Below, in pieces: positions 15,200 to 24,864 of a stretch of 25,553 bases of DNA. The stretch is taken from positions 1 to 25,553 of IMG/VR virus record IMGVR_UViG_3300012942_000125, one strand, 5' to 3'. The stretch comes from a virus (lineage: Duplodnaviria; Caudoviricetes). Each line of letters starts with the position of its first letter. Position 1 is the stretch's first letter. A program made the translations under genes and the position numbers. The notes below the pieces were generated by a model. It did not search any database. It was given only the letters and a program-made list of their open reading frames with translations, and had not been told where the DNA came from.

Positions 15200-16621
15200 A
15201 TGGCCAGCCCGAATATCTCGTTCGACAATATCCAGTCGAGCATCCGCAAGCCCGGAGACTATTTCGAATTCAACACCAAGCTGGCTGTCCGGACGCTGCC
15301 GGGCAACCTGCAGAAAGTCCTGATCGTCGGCCAGCGGCTGGCCGCCGGCACGGTCGCGGCCCTGACTCCCGTGGACGTGTTCGACGATGACACGGCGGCT
15401 ACCTACTTCGGCCGCGGCTCGATCGCGCATCTGATGGTCAAGGAAGCCATTACGGCAAACCCCTATGTGCAGTTGACGGCCATTGCCGTCGACGACGCGG
15501 GGGCCGCCGTAGTCGCAACCGGCAAAGTCACGTTTACGGGCGCAGCGACCAGCGTGGGCGTGGCCAGCGTCTATATCGCGGGGACACGCGTCGATGTTGC
15601 GGTCGACAACGGTGATGCGATCGCCGATATCGCTGCGGCCGTGGCCGCGGCGGTGGGTGATCTGCCCGATCTGCCCGTAACGGCAACCGCAGCCTTGGGC
15701 GTAATCACGCTGTCAGCCAAGAATAAAGGCCTGGCCGGTAACGGAATTGTGATTTCGGCGGCTGTCACAGCCACCGGCGTAACGGTGGCCACCACGGCCT
15801 TCTCCGCCGGGGACGTGGATCCGGATCTGGCGCCCGCATTCGCGGCGGTATTTTCGGCCTGGTACAACATCATCGCCATCCCGTTCGCCACCACTGAAGC
15901 GCTGACGGCCCTGCGCGATCATCTGGAGTCTGTAGGCTCGCCCATGGAGCAGCGTGACGCGATCGGCGCCGCGGGCATCCCGACAACCTTGGCTGCCGCC
16001 ACCACGCTTGCCACGGCGAATAACTCGGGGCTGATATCGCTCGCCTGGCACTCGGGCTCGACGAAATCCGCAGCCGAGATTGCGGCGGGCTATGCCTCGG
16101 TCATCGCTAGCGAAGAGGATCCAGCCCGCCCCTTGAATACGCTGGAGATAGCCGGCCTGGATATCACCGCGCTGGCTGATCAGCCCAGCCGTACCGAGCA
16201 GGAAAACGCTCTGCACAATGGCGTCACACCGCTTACCGTGTCCGCCGATGGCCGGGTAAGCATCGTTCGGGCAATCACGACCTATACCGTCAATGCGGCG
16301 GGCGTGGACGATATCTCGCTGCTCGACCTGACCACGATGCGCACGCTCCACTACGTGCGCAAGGCCATGCGTGAACGCATCGCGCTGCGTTTCCCCCGGG
16401 AAAAGCTCTCGGACAAGACGCCGCCCAAGGTGCGCTCCGAGCTGCTCGACGTCGCGACGAAGTGCGAGGAGCTGGAGATCCTGGAAAACGTCGACGCCAA
16501 CAAGGACGGCCTTATTTGCGAGCGCGATTTGCAGGATCCGAACCGGCTCGATGCCAAGATTCCGGCCGATGTCGTGAACGGCCTGCATGTTTTCGCCGGT
16601 CGGATCGACCTGCTGCTGTAA
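15200..16621 (+). CDS. Tail sheath protein (Mu gpL)
   Basis: ISFDNI..SIRKPG.YFEFN, FGRGS, DPARPLNTL, LHNGVTPL, RAITTY and VVNGLHVFA motifs. Confidence 0.95.
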   Translation: MASPNISFDNIQSSIRKPGDYFEFNTKLAVRTLPGNLQKVLIVGQRLAAGTVAALTPVDVFDDDTAATYFGRGSIAHLMVKEAITANPYVQLTAIAVDDAGAAVVATGKVTFTGAATSVGVASVYIAGTRVDVAVDNGDAIADIAAAVAAAVGDLPDLPVTATAALGVITLSAKNKGLAGNGIVISAAVTATGVTVATTAFSAGDVDPDLAPAFAAVFSAWYNIIAIPFATTEALTALRDHLESVGSPMEQRDAIGAAGIPTTLAAATTLATANNSGLISLAWHSGSTKSAAEIAAGYASVIASEEDPARPLNTLEIAGLDITALADQPSRTEQENALHNGVTPLTVSADGRVSIVRAITTYTVNAAGVDDISLLDLTTMRTLHYVRKAMRERIALRFPREKLSDKTPPKVRSELLDVATKCEELEILENVDANKDGLICERDLQDPNRLDAKIPADVVNGLHVFAGRIDLLL

Positions 16622-16642
16622 TCACCACTGAAAGGAGCCAAT

Positions 16643-17017
16643 ATGGCACTGGAAGAATATGTAGGCGCCATCATCCTGGACGTGGATGGCCAGGAAGTGG
16701 AAGTCGTCGATCTCAGTACGACCGAGCGCACCGGCAAGCGGCCCGTGAAGACCATGAACCGCACCGGGCGAGTCAAGGGTTTCTCTCGGGGCATCTACGA
16801 GTATGAGCTGCGCCTGACCGTGGTGATTCCGCTCACGGGTGACCTGGACTGGGGAAGCATCGAGGGAGCGAAACTGACTAAGTTTCCTGTGGGCTCGGAC
16901 GACAATCGCGAGTCGTACCTGGATTGCGTCACGACCGAGGTCGGCGAGACCTACAACGTCGACAACGAAGCCCGGCGCGACATTAGCATGTTCGCCACTC
17001 GCAAGGTGCTCGAATGA
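16643..17017 (+). CDS. Tail tube protein
   Basis: 124-aa beta-rich protein directly after the sheath gene; AAGGAG RBS. Confidence 0.85.
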   Translation: MALEEYVGAIILDVDGQEVEVVDLSTTERTGKRPVKTMNRTGRVKGFSRGIYEYELRLTVVIPLTGDLDWGSIEGAKLTKFPVGSDDNRESYLDCVTTEVGETYNVDNEARRDISMFATRKVLE

Positions 17018-17409
17018 GCGGCGCAACCGCAATAGCCCGCATCGAGGCGGGCCAGCTCGAATTCGGCGTGGAATACGAGGGCGCACTGCATTACGACTTC
17101 GAGATGCGCCTGACTACCATTGCCGACAATATCGCCGCGCTGGACAAATACGGTGCCGAGTCGGGCCTGCGCATCACCACGGCCATGTACGCCAGTGCGA
17201 TCGTCAAGCTGGGCACGATTCCGGCCGATGCCATCACGCCCGATTTCCTCATTGGCGCCTTGGCCGAGCCTGACTTCGATGTCCTGGCCGCCGCCCAGGA
17301 GCGCCTTAAAAAAAAGCGCAGGCGGTCGAGCAGCGTCTCGGCAGCTTCCGGCTCGCCGTCCTCGTCCTCGGCCAATACGGCATCACCCAGGATGCCATTG
17401 AACGGATGA
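17014..17409 (+). CDS. Tail assembly chaperone (short, G-like form)
   Basis: Lies between tube and TMP; contains in-frame slippery A AAA AAG at 17310-17316. Confidence 0.8.
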   Translation: MSGATAIARIEAGQLEFGVEYEGALHYDFEMRLTTIADNIAALDKYGAESGLRITTAMYASAIVKLGTIPADAITPDFLIGALAEPDFDVLAAAQERLKKKRRRSSSVSAASGSPSSSSANTASPRMPLNG

Positions 17410-17576
17410 CTTCCGTGCAGCTCGACGGCCACCTGGATGCCGTCGCGCGGCTGCGCAATCCCTCCAGGCGCGGCGCGCGCGGTCGGCGCGGCAGTGGCGC
17501 CCACCCGGCTCAGGACGTTACGACCACGCGATCGGTGAGCCTGCGCCAGCGTCCCCCGAAAAAAGCAGAGAGGTAG
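17014..17576 (+). CDS. Tail assembly chaperone, -1 frameshifted (GT-like) form
   Basis: The -1 frame is open from the slippery site to TAG 17574-17576, 4 nt before the TMP start: ...AQAVEQRLGSFRLAVLVLGQYGITQDAIERMTSVQLDGHL...KKAER*. Confidence 0.7.
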
Positions 17577-17580
17577 CGGC

Positions 17581-19818
17581 ATGGCTCGTGATTTGAAAGT
17601 CGGTTTGACTATTGCAGCCAAGGATGCTGCAAGCGATCAGCTAAACCGTGTTAGCCGCGATGCTGAACGCCAGGCCAAGCGGGTCAGCGAGTCCTCTCAG
17701 CGCGCTGCCCGCGATGCCAGCCGCGAACAAGAGCGGGCAAATGGCCGCGTCGAAGAATCGCAGGCGCGCCTGGGCCGTTCGCGCGAGCAAACGAGTATAC
17801 GTACCGAGGCCCGCATACGTCAGGAAATTCAGCGCACCCAAGCGGCCTATGATCGCTTGGCCCGTTCGGGTGAGCTTTCGGCGAGAGAGCAAGGCCGAGC
17901 CTATGAGCAGACGCGCAACAAGATTGCGGGGCTGCGGCGCGAAATGTCGGGGCTGGAACAGCAAGAACGGCGTGCCGGCCGAGGAATGAATGCCGGATCC
18001 ATGATTCTGCGCGGCGGCCAGATGTTGATGTCGGGCGGGCTTATCTCCGGCGCCGCGGCAGGCGGTTATGCAATTGCCCAACCGATTCGGCGCACGGCCA
18101 GCTATGAGCGTCGGCTCATGAATATGTCGAATATCGCGTTCGACGAAAGGGATAAAGCGGGCCGCGTCAGAGGTGCCGGGGAATTGAAATCGGTTATTGA
18201 TTCCACACTTCAGACATCGGGCGGAGACCGTGATCAAGCCGCAAATGCGTTAGAAACCTTGCTCGCGGCAGGCGTCGTCAACCACGGTGACGCCCTGAAG
18301 CTTCTGCCGACTATTCAGAAATATTCGGTGGCAGAAAACGCAGATTCTGAAGATGTCGCACGGCTCGTTAACACGATGGTGAAGACGGGCGGCGTGACGG
18401 TCGACCAGATCCCGCGAGCGCTGGACATGTTCGTTCAAGGTGCGAAGGATGGCCCGATCGAGTTCGCCGATCTCGCACGAGGTATGCCACGCATTGTCGC
18501 GGCGGCGTCGGCCACTGGTATGAAAGGCATGCATGACCTGCCCTCATTGATCTCGATCGTCGAGAATTCGATGGGTACGGCTGGAACTCCCGACGAGGGC
18601 ATGATCAATGTCACGGATTGGCTGAACGATCTCATAAGCCGCAGCGCGACGCATTTAGCGTCCAAAGTCCAATGGGCACCTGGTAAAAGCGTCGATCTGA
18701 TTGGTACGCTGGCCGCAGACCGGGCAAAGGGCCTGAATACCGCCCAGTCGTTTGACCGAATCATGAACCGTATTATCCAGAACGACCCCAACGTCAAGCG
18801 AGTCGACGCCCAGTTGAGGCAGGCACCTGCCTCCGAGCGACAGAACATGCTGGAGTCACAGATGGCTCTGTTCGAGGGGTCGCAAATAGGTAAGCTGCTG
18901 CGCAATCAACAAGCGCTTCGCGGTTACCTCTCATATCGATATATGCGTCCGGAAGACCGTCAGCAGAGCGTACAGAACATTGTCAACAGCTCAGGGGCGG
19001 GCGCGAGAGATTGGGAGGCCATCGCTACTACAAGCTCGTTCAAACTCCAGAACGCATCGAACACTGCGCAGTCCGCCGAGTTCGATGCATTTAAGAACGC
19101 CTCTGGCGCGGTGGGTGATCTGGCGCAGAAAGTTGCCGATCTGGCTAAGGAATATCCAGGAATGACAAAAGCCGCGGTGGGTGCGGCCGAAGCACTCCGG
19201 GCGCTTGCGTTCGCTGCGGGGTCATGGATGCTCTTCGGCGCATTGCGCGGTCGCGGTTTGGCCGCTGCGGGCATGGCCAGCGCTGGCATTGGCGTTGGCG
19301 AAGCTACGGCCGCCGGCGTAGCGGGAGCCGCTCGCGGTGGCAGCGGTGTACTCCGGGGCCTGGCGAAGGGCCTGGGCCCCGCGGCGATCGCGGGCATAGG
19401 CGGCTACGATCTATACAACATCTACAACAGCAACGCTCCGTCCGATAAAAAGAACGTCGCGGCCGCCGGTGTGGCAGGCGGCACGGGGGGTAGCCTCGCG
19501 GGGATGTATGCGGGCGCCGCGCTCGGTTCTGCCATAGTGCCCGTGCTCGGCACTGCAGTGGGCGGCGCGCTCGGCGCGTGGGGCGGAAATTACCTCGGCG
19601 GCGAGTTGGCCGAGCGCCTGGCCACGACGATGTACTTCGCCAAGCAGCCGACTGAGCCCGCGCTGCCCGCGCCGGTCATGAATCCGGGCGACTTCCAGGC
19701 GCGCCTGGGCGGCGGGACGATGGGTTCAATCCCTGTGCATGTCACCGTGGATGTGCAAAACGGCAATATCACCGCGTCGGTCATGGACGCGATGAGTCGC
19801 GACGCGCGGAGGCACTGA
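17581..19818 (+). CDS. Tail tape measure protein
   Basis: 745 aa, N-terminal coiled coil, Ala/Gly-rich C-terminal region; position. Confidence 0.9.
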   Translation: MARDLKVGLTIAAKDAASDQLNRVSRDAERQAKRVSESSQRAARDASREQERANGRVEESQARLGRSREQTSIRTEARIRQEIQRTQAAYDRLARSGELSAREQGRAYEQTRNKIAGLRREMSGLEQQERRAGRGMNAGSMILRGGQMLMSGGLISGAAAGGYAIAQPIRRTASYERRLMNMSNIAFDERDKAGRVRGAGELKSVIDSTLQTSGGDRDQAANALETLLAAGVVNHGDALKLLPTIQKYSVAENADSEDVARLVNTMVKTGGVTVDQIPRALDMFVQGAKDGPIEFADLARGMPRIVAAASATGMKGMHDLPSLISIVENSMGTAGTPDEGMINVTDWLNDLISRSATHLASKVQWAPGKSVDLIGTLAADRAKGLNTAQSFDRIMNRIIQNDPNVKRVDAQLRQAPASERQNMLESQMALFEGSQIGKLLRNQQALRGYLSYRYMRPEDRQQSVQNIVNSSGAGARDWEAIATTSSFKLQNASNTAQSAEFDAFKNASGAVGDLAQKVADLAKEYPGMTKAAVGAAEALRALAFAAGSWMLFGALRGRGLAAAGMASAGIGVGEATAAGVAGAARGGSGVLRGLAKGLGPAAIAGIGGYDLYNIYNSNAPSDKKNVAAAGVAGGTGGSLAGMYAGAALGSAIVPVLGTAVGGALGAWGGNYLGGELAERLATTMYFAKQPTEPALPAPVMNPGDFQARLGGGTMGSIPVHVTVDVQNGNITASVMDAMSRDARRH

Positions 19819-21092
19819 TGTCCTGGGCTGACATGCTGATCAACGCGTCATTCAAAGGCACATCTTTCGAGTGCATATCGACCGACGATGAAACCGGCCG
19901 CGACGTCGCCTTCTACGAGTATCCCTACGTAGACGGTACCGACTCCGACGACCTCGGGCGGCGCGGCCGCCAGTTCAGCATCCGCGCGGTGTTCTGGAAT
20001 GAGTTTTATGCGCTACTGCCGGGTTTCCTGCAGCTCCTCGATGAGTCAGGCCCCGGCGAACTGATCCACCCGACATACGGATCCTTCCCGTCGGTGCAGT
20101 TGCTGCGCCACCGGGTGCGCCAGGATGCGGAGCGGCCGGACTTCGCCATCGTGCAGATGGAGTTCGTCGAGCACCTGGACAGCAAGCCGCCGTTTTCCCG
20201 CTCGATCCCGATCTTGCAGACCCTGCAGGTCTACGCTGCCATGGTCTCGGCCTGGATCGGCGCGGCCGAGGATTTCGTGGGGCGCATCGACATGTTGCGC
20301 ACGTCGCTGCTGGGCGGGGCCGTGGGCCTGTTTTCGCGCCTGTCGGCCTTGGGCGACATGACGGCCGGCGTGATCATGGGTTTCCGTAATACCTTTTCAG
20401 GCACGACAATCACCACGACGTCCAGCGACTATTCCGACGATCCGGATGCTTTCTGCGCCGATGTCTCTGCCGGCCTGGAGGCGGGGCTGACCGCGAACCG
20501 CGATTTTTCGGGTGATCGCGCCATGTCGGATTGGTCCGCCGTGATGATCGATGCCAATGCCATCACGGCGCTGCCCACGCAGCTTTCCCTCGGAACTGCG
20601 CCGTCCATGTCGGCTACGGGCCACCTGGCGGCGATCCCCGTTGACCCGGCAGACCTCGGCGCCGTCGACGCGCTGGTGACGGCCGCTGTGGCCAGCGCGG
20701 TTGCACAGACCGCCTCTGACCTGCTCAACGAACAGGCCACCACGCCTACGCTAACGCCTGCGCAGGTCGAGCAGATCGCCGATGATGCGCGCGACCTGAT
20801 CAACCAGGCGATCGCCAAGTACCGCGCCCTAGAGGGCTCAGTAGCGGCGCGCCCGGTCACCGAGCCGCTGAAGACCGCGGCCGGCGAGCTGTTGGATCTG
20901 GCCCTGGCGGTGCTCAATGCCCGACCGCCCCTGATTTCGCGCCAGATCCCTGCGCCCTGCAACCTGCACCTGGCAGCGTTCCGATGGTACGGGGACTATA
21001 CGCGCGCCACCGAGCTGCTGCGGCTCAATCCTACCGTGCGCAACCCGAACGACATCCTGCGCGGAGACGTCCTCAATGGCTACGCAGACTGA
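19818..21092 (+). CDS. DNA circularisation protein (Mu gpN-like)
   Basis: ASFKG..F, YEYPYVDG...DLGRRGR and GPGELIHPTYG motifs; C-terminal LysM-like LAAFRWYGD...LNP. Confidence 0.9.
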   Translation: MSWADMLINASFKGTSFECISTDDETGRDVAFYEYPYVDGTDSDDLGRRGRQFSIRAVFWNEFYALLPGFLQLLDESGPGELIHPTYGSFPSVQLLRHRVRQDAERPDFAIVQMEFVEHLDSKPPFSRSIPILQTLQVYAAMVSAWIGAAEDFVGRIDMLRTSLLGGAVGLFSRLSALGDMTAGVIMGFRNTFSGTTITTTSSDYSDDPDAFCADVSAGLEAGLTANRDFSGDRAMSDWSAVMIDANAITALPTQLSLGTAPSMSATGHLAAIPVDPADLGAVDALVTAAVASAVAQTASDLLNEQATTPTLTPAQVEQIADDARDLINQAIAKYRALEGSVAARPVTEPLKTAAGELLDLALAVLNARPPLISRQIPAPCNLHLAAFRWYGDYTRATELLRLNPTVRNPNDILRGDVLNGYAD

Positions 21093-22176
21093 CGATCCAG
21101 ATGCTATCAGCGTGATCGTGGGCGGCAATGTGCATAAGCACTGGACCACGTATGAGATCGACAGCGACCTGCTCACGCCGGCCGATGCCTGGACCGTCCA
21201 GTTGGGGCTGGATGCAGGCAGCAAGTTGCCGGCCGAGATCGTCAGCATGGCCGACGTCGAGATCCGCGTGGGTGACGATACGGTCATGAAAGGCCGCATT
21301 GACGAAATCCGCCATCACGTCGAGAAGCATTCGCCCTGGGTCATGATGTCCGGGCGTGACGGGGCGGCGGTCCTCGTGGATTGCTCGGCGCCGATTTTCG
21401 TCGCCAAAGAGATCACGCTCGACCAGGTCGTCGCCCAGGTCGTGCGCCCGCTGGGCATCACATCGGTACGGATCGACGCCGATGAGAAGGCCCGCATGGA
21501 GAAAATCAATATCGACCCGGGCACGACGGCCTGGGACGCGCTGCAACAGGCCGCCGAAGCGAATGGGCTATGGCCCTGGTTTGAGCCAGATGGCACGCTC
21601 GTGGTCGGTGGGCCCGACTATACGGCCGATCCCGTCGACGAGCTCGTGATGCGTCTTGATGGAAAGGGGAATAATCTGCTGTCGCTGGAATACATACAGT
21701 CCATGCCCCAGCACTATTCTGAGGTGACGGTGCTGGGACAGGCGCACGGCACTTCCCACCAGTTGGGTAAGGCGTCGGTGAAGGCCACGGCGAAAGACAC
21801 CAACGTGGCAATCTACCGGCCGCATGTATCCGTCGACGGTGACGTGTTGACTGCGACGGAGGCACGCTCGCGCGCCAGGAAATATGTCGCAGACGGCCGG
21901 CTGGCGGGCACCACCCTGGTGGCTGCGGTCAAAGGTCATCGTACCGTCGCGGGCGAGCTATGGCACCCAGGCCAACGTGTCTATTTGACGTCAGAACCAC
22001 ATGGGCTGGACGATATTTATTTCCTGATGGCCCGCAAGTTTTCGGGCGGACGCGGCCGACCCACGGTTACCCAGCTCACCTTGAAGGAAGACGGCGTCTG
22101 GGTGCTCGATGCGCACAAACAGCGCAAAAAGGCGGGTAAGAAGAAGCTCGTGCCGACGATCGTGGACTGGAATTGA
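21076..22176 (+). CDS. Baseplate hub protein (Mu gpP-like)
   Basis: W..YEIDSDLLTPADAW, SGRD..AVLVDCS and LWHPGQRV motifs. Confidence 0.9.
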   Translation: MATQTDDPDAISVIVGGNVHKHWTTYEIDSDLLTPADAWTVQLGLDAGSKLPAEIVSMADVEIRVGDDTVMKGRIDEIRHHVEKHSPWVMMSGRDGAAVLVDCSAPIFVAKEITLDQVVAQVVRPLGITSVRIDADEKARMEKINIDPGTTAWDALQQAAEANGLWPWFEPDGTLVVGGPDYTADPVDELVMRLDGKGNNLLSLEYIQSMPQHYSEVTVLGQAHGTSHQLGKASVKATAKDTNVAIYRPHVSVDGDVLTATEARSRARKYVADGRLAGTTLVAAVKGHRTVAGELWHPGQRVYLTSEPHGLDDIYFLMARKFSGGRGRPTVTQLTLKEDGVWVLDAHKQRKKAGKKKLVPTIVDWN

Positions 22177-22178
22177 GC

Positions 22179-22826
22179 ATGCACCGTGCTATTCAACAGC
22201 AGATTGGACGCGCTATGGCTGCCGTGCGCCAGGCGTTTCGTGGTGTGGTCGGCCGTGTGGATAGCGCCGGGCCCGTCCAGCTCGTTTCTCTGTCGGGCCT
22301 GGCCGGTGAGGATCTGCGCGACCAAGAGCAGTTTCAGGAGTATGGGTACACGTCGAACCCGCCGTCTGGCACGATGGGGGTGTTGGTGCCTCTGGGCGGA
22401 AAGACTTCGCACAGCATCATCATCGCCACGGAGCACGGCCAATATCGCCTGACAAGCCTGAAACCCGGCGAAGTTGCCCTATACACCGATGAGGGTAGCA
22501 AGATCGTGCTCAAGCGCGGCCGCGTCATCGAGACCGACTGCGACGACTATATCGTCAACTGCAAGACCTTTACGGTCAATGCGGACGACGAATCGACCTT
22601 CAACACGCCTACGCTGACCGCTAGCGATGAGGCTGTTGTCAATGGCCTGGTCACCGGCAGGGGTGGACTGGCACTGTCCAATGAGTCGGGTAGTGACGGG
22701 CCGGTGGCGCAGATCGCCGGCGACGTTGAGGCAACGGGCGACGGCCGTTTTAATGGCGTCAGCACGGTTCATCACAAGCACCCGGGTGACTCGGGCGGCA
22801 CCACGGACGAGCCGATTCCTAGCTGA
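22179..22826 (+). CDS. Baseplate spike (Mu gp45/gpQ-like)
   Basis: QEYGYTSNPP and LKPGEVALY motifs; C-terminal HxH (HKHPGDSGG). Alternative TTG start at 22173. Confidence 0.9.
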   Translation: MHRAIQQQIGRAMAAVRQAFRGVVGRVDSAGPVQLVSLSGLAGEDLRDQEQFQEYGYTSNPPSGTMGVLVPLGGKTSHSIIIATEHGQYRLTSLKPGEVALYTDEGSKIVLKRGRVIETDCDDYIVNCKTFTVNADDESTFNTPTLTASDEAVVNGLVTGRGGLALSNESGSDGPVAQIAGDVEATGDGRFNGVSTVHHKHPGDSGGTTDEPIPS

Positions 22827-22871
22827 TTTTGCCCTCGTTCCAAAGACGTTGCGTCCCCGGGCCGGCACCAT
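22827..22871 (+). promoter_or_regulatory. Late promoter 3 (baseplate wedge/fibre operon)
   Basis: TTTTGCCCTCGTTCCAAAGAC, 18 nt, CACCAT, 6 nt, ATG. Confidence 0.75.
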
Positions 22872-22877
22872 GTCGGC

Positions 22878-23228
22878 ATGGACGCACTGATCGACCCTGC
22901 CACGGGTGACTATACGGGCCAGCGCACCACGACGCTGGCCAATGCCGTTTATCTTCGGCTCATGACACCGCTGGGCAGCTGGTGGGCATTGCCCACGCTC
23001 GGCTCTCGTCTGCATGAGCTGCGTCGGGAAAAAGACCTGCCGAGGTTCTATACGCTTGCTCAACAATACGCTGAGCAAGCATTGGCCCCGATCCTTGCGG
23101 ACGGCCGTGCTCGCGAAATTACCGTTACGGCCAGCGGCCCGCGCCCTGGCTGGTGCCTGTTGGAAATACAGGTGGTGCAGGCATCCGGCCAAGTCGAACA
23201 ATTCCAGCACTTCGTACGGGTGTCGTGA
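22878..23228 (+). CDS. Baseplate protein (Mu gp46-like)
   Basis: GSWWA...GSRLHELRREK...AQQYAEQALAPILADGRA motif. Confidence 0.9.
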   Translation: MDALIDPATGDYTGQRTTTLANAVYLRLMTPLGSWWALPTLGSRLHELRREKDLPRFYTLAQQYAEQALAPILADGRAREITVTASGPRPGWCLLEIQVVQASGQVEQFQHFVRVS

Positions 23229-24295
23229 TGGCTTTTCCTGTGCTCGACATGGCCACGGTGCGCGCCAATATCCTGCGCGACATCAAGAACCTGCTGCCCG
23301 ATGCAGATGTCGGCGAAGACAGCGATTACTTCGTCCGGGCCACCAGCATCGGCAGCGCCGTCGAGGGCCTGTATCAACACCAGCAGTGGATCGTTCGGCA
23401 GATTTTTCCGGATTCGGCAGACACCGATTTCTTAGAGCTGCACTGCGCATTGCGCGACATCCGGCGCAAGTCAGCCGTCTCGGCGAGCGGCCTCCTCGGA
23501 GCAACAGGAACAGCCGGCAAGAATGTGCCGGTCGGGTTGATCGTTGTATTGGACGACGGCCGTCAGTACGCGGTGACGACCTCAGCGCTGATCGGGGAAG
23601 ACGGGACGGCCGACATTCAGGTCTCCGCCGTCGTTCCTGGTGTCGCAGGGAACGTCGCCGCGGGCGCTGCTGGCACTTTCCAGATGGCGCCGGCCGGGAT
23701 AGATTCCGCTGTCGTTATGGGCGATATCGTGGGCGGCACAGAGCGGGAAACGGATGCTGCGCTGCTGGCCCGCCTGCTGGATCTCATCCGGCGGCCGCCG
23801 GCGGGAGGCAACAAATACGACTACAAGCGGTGGGCGTTGGGAGTGTCTGGCGTCGTTGGGGCCTATGTGTATCCGCTGCGGCGGGGCAACGGCACGGTGG
23901 ACATTGCTGTGACCGCCGAGGATGGCCTGCCGTCCGAGGCAACCATCGACGCCGTCCAGGCGCATATCGACGACGTGCGACCGGTAACAGCCAAGAATTC
24001 GATTGTGCTGGCGCCAGACATCATGCCGGTCGATTATGAGGTTGAGGTGCAGCTCGACGGCATAACGCCGGACGCTGCACAGGTAGCGATCGAAGCTGCA
24101 TTAGCCGGCCAGTTTGCTCAGATAGAGCCAGGCCAGGGCCTCGTACGCAGTCGCAGCGAAGCCTTGATAACCGCTGTCTCGGGTATTGTCGATCGAAGGG
24201 TCGTCGCGCCGGCGGCGAACGTATCGGCAATCGTCAATGGCGATACCGTGCAGTGGCTACGCCTGGGCACGGTAACCGTGAGCTTGATGGAATGA
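23228..24295 (+). CDS. Baseplate J-like wedge protein (Mu gp47)
   Basis: QIFPDSAD, GGTERETDAALLARLL, PPAGGNKYDYKRWA and RRGNGTVD motifs. Start re-called to ATG 23228. Confidence 0.92.
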   Translation: MAFPVLDMATVRANILRDIKNLLPDADVGEDSDYFVRATSIGSAVEGLYQHQQWIVRQIFPDSADTDFLELHCALRDIRRKSAVSASGLLGATGTAGKNVPVGLIVVLDDGRQYAVTTSALIGEDGTADIQVSAVVPGVAGNVAAGAAGTFQMAPAGIDSAVVMGDIVGGTERETDAALLARLLDLIRRPPAGGNKYDYKRWALGVSGVVGAYVYPLRRGNGTVDIAVTAEDGLPSEATIDAVQAHIDDVRPVTAKNSIVLAPDIMPVDYEVEVQLDGITPDAAQVAIEAALAGQFAQIEPGQGLVRSRSEALITAVSGIVDRRVVAPAANVSAIVNGDTVQWLRLGTVTVSLME

Positions 24296-24855
24296 AGCAC
24301 GTCGACCTGCTGGGCGCGCTGCTGCCGCCAGAGAGCTATGACCCGAGGGGGCTACGCATCGGTGCCGAGCTGGTCGCCGAGGGCAATGCACTGGACGCCG
24401 CGCTGACTCGGTCGGCGGATGCCGCAAATTCAATCACGCCGTGGCTCGCGGGCGACTTGATCGTCGACTGGGAGCGCGTGCTCGGGCTGTCGCCGGCAGG
24501 TGGCTATCAGCAACGCCTCGAGGCGGTGCTCGCAAAGATCGCCGAGACCGGCGGGCTGTCGATCCCATATTTCAAAGGGCTGGCTGCCCGAATGGGCTAC
24601 ACGATCGACATCGTCGAGCTGCAGCCGTTCTGGGTGGATTACAGCTGCGTGGATCGGGATCTGATCTATGACGAAGACATCGTCTGGGTCTGGCAAGTGG
24701 TCGTCGAGGGCGGCTCAGGACAGCGCAGCTACCAGTTTTACGTGGATTCGTCCTGTGTGGGCGACCGGCTGCTGTCATTCGGCGACCCCGTCATCGAGAG
24801 CGTGTTCGAAGACCTCAAGCCCGCGCATACCTATGTTTATTTCGCTTATCAATAG
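24292..24855 (+). CDS. Baseplate wedge protein (Mu gp48/YmfQ/DUF2313)
   Basis: LLPP, DWERVLGL, GGLSIPYF..LA..MGY.I.I and KPAHT motifs. Confidence 0.9.
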   Translation: MKHVDLLGALLPPESYDPRGLRIGAELVAEGNALDAALTRSADAANSITPWLAGDLIVDWERVLGLSPAGGYQQRLEAVLAKIAETGGLSIPYFKGLAARMGYTIDIVELQPFWVDYSCVDRDLIYDEDIVWVWQVVVEGGSGQRSYQFYVDSSCVGDRLLSFGDPVIESVFEDLKPAHTYVYFAYQ

Positions 24856-24864
24856 GAGCCGCTC

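Noticed and set aside
4305-16588. Many long minus-strand ORFs (e.g. 4305-5372, 7635-8465, 8899-9864, 13609-14676, 15713-16588)
   Set aside because: Antisense shadows of high-GC3 structural genes with no recognisable motifs.
3230-22847. The 21-bp repeats as CRISPR repeats, att sites or transposase end sites
   Set aside because: They are kilobases apart, all in the same orientation, internal to the prophage and each at a fixed distance from a -10 element, which fits promoters.
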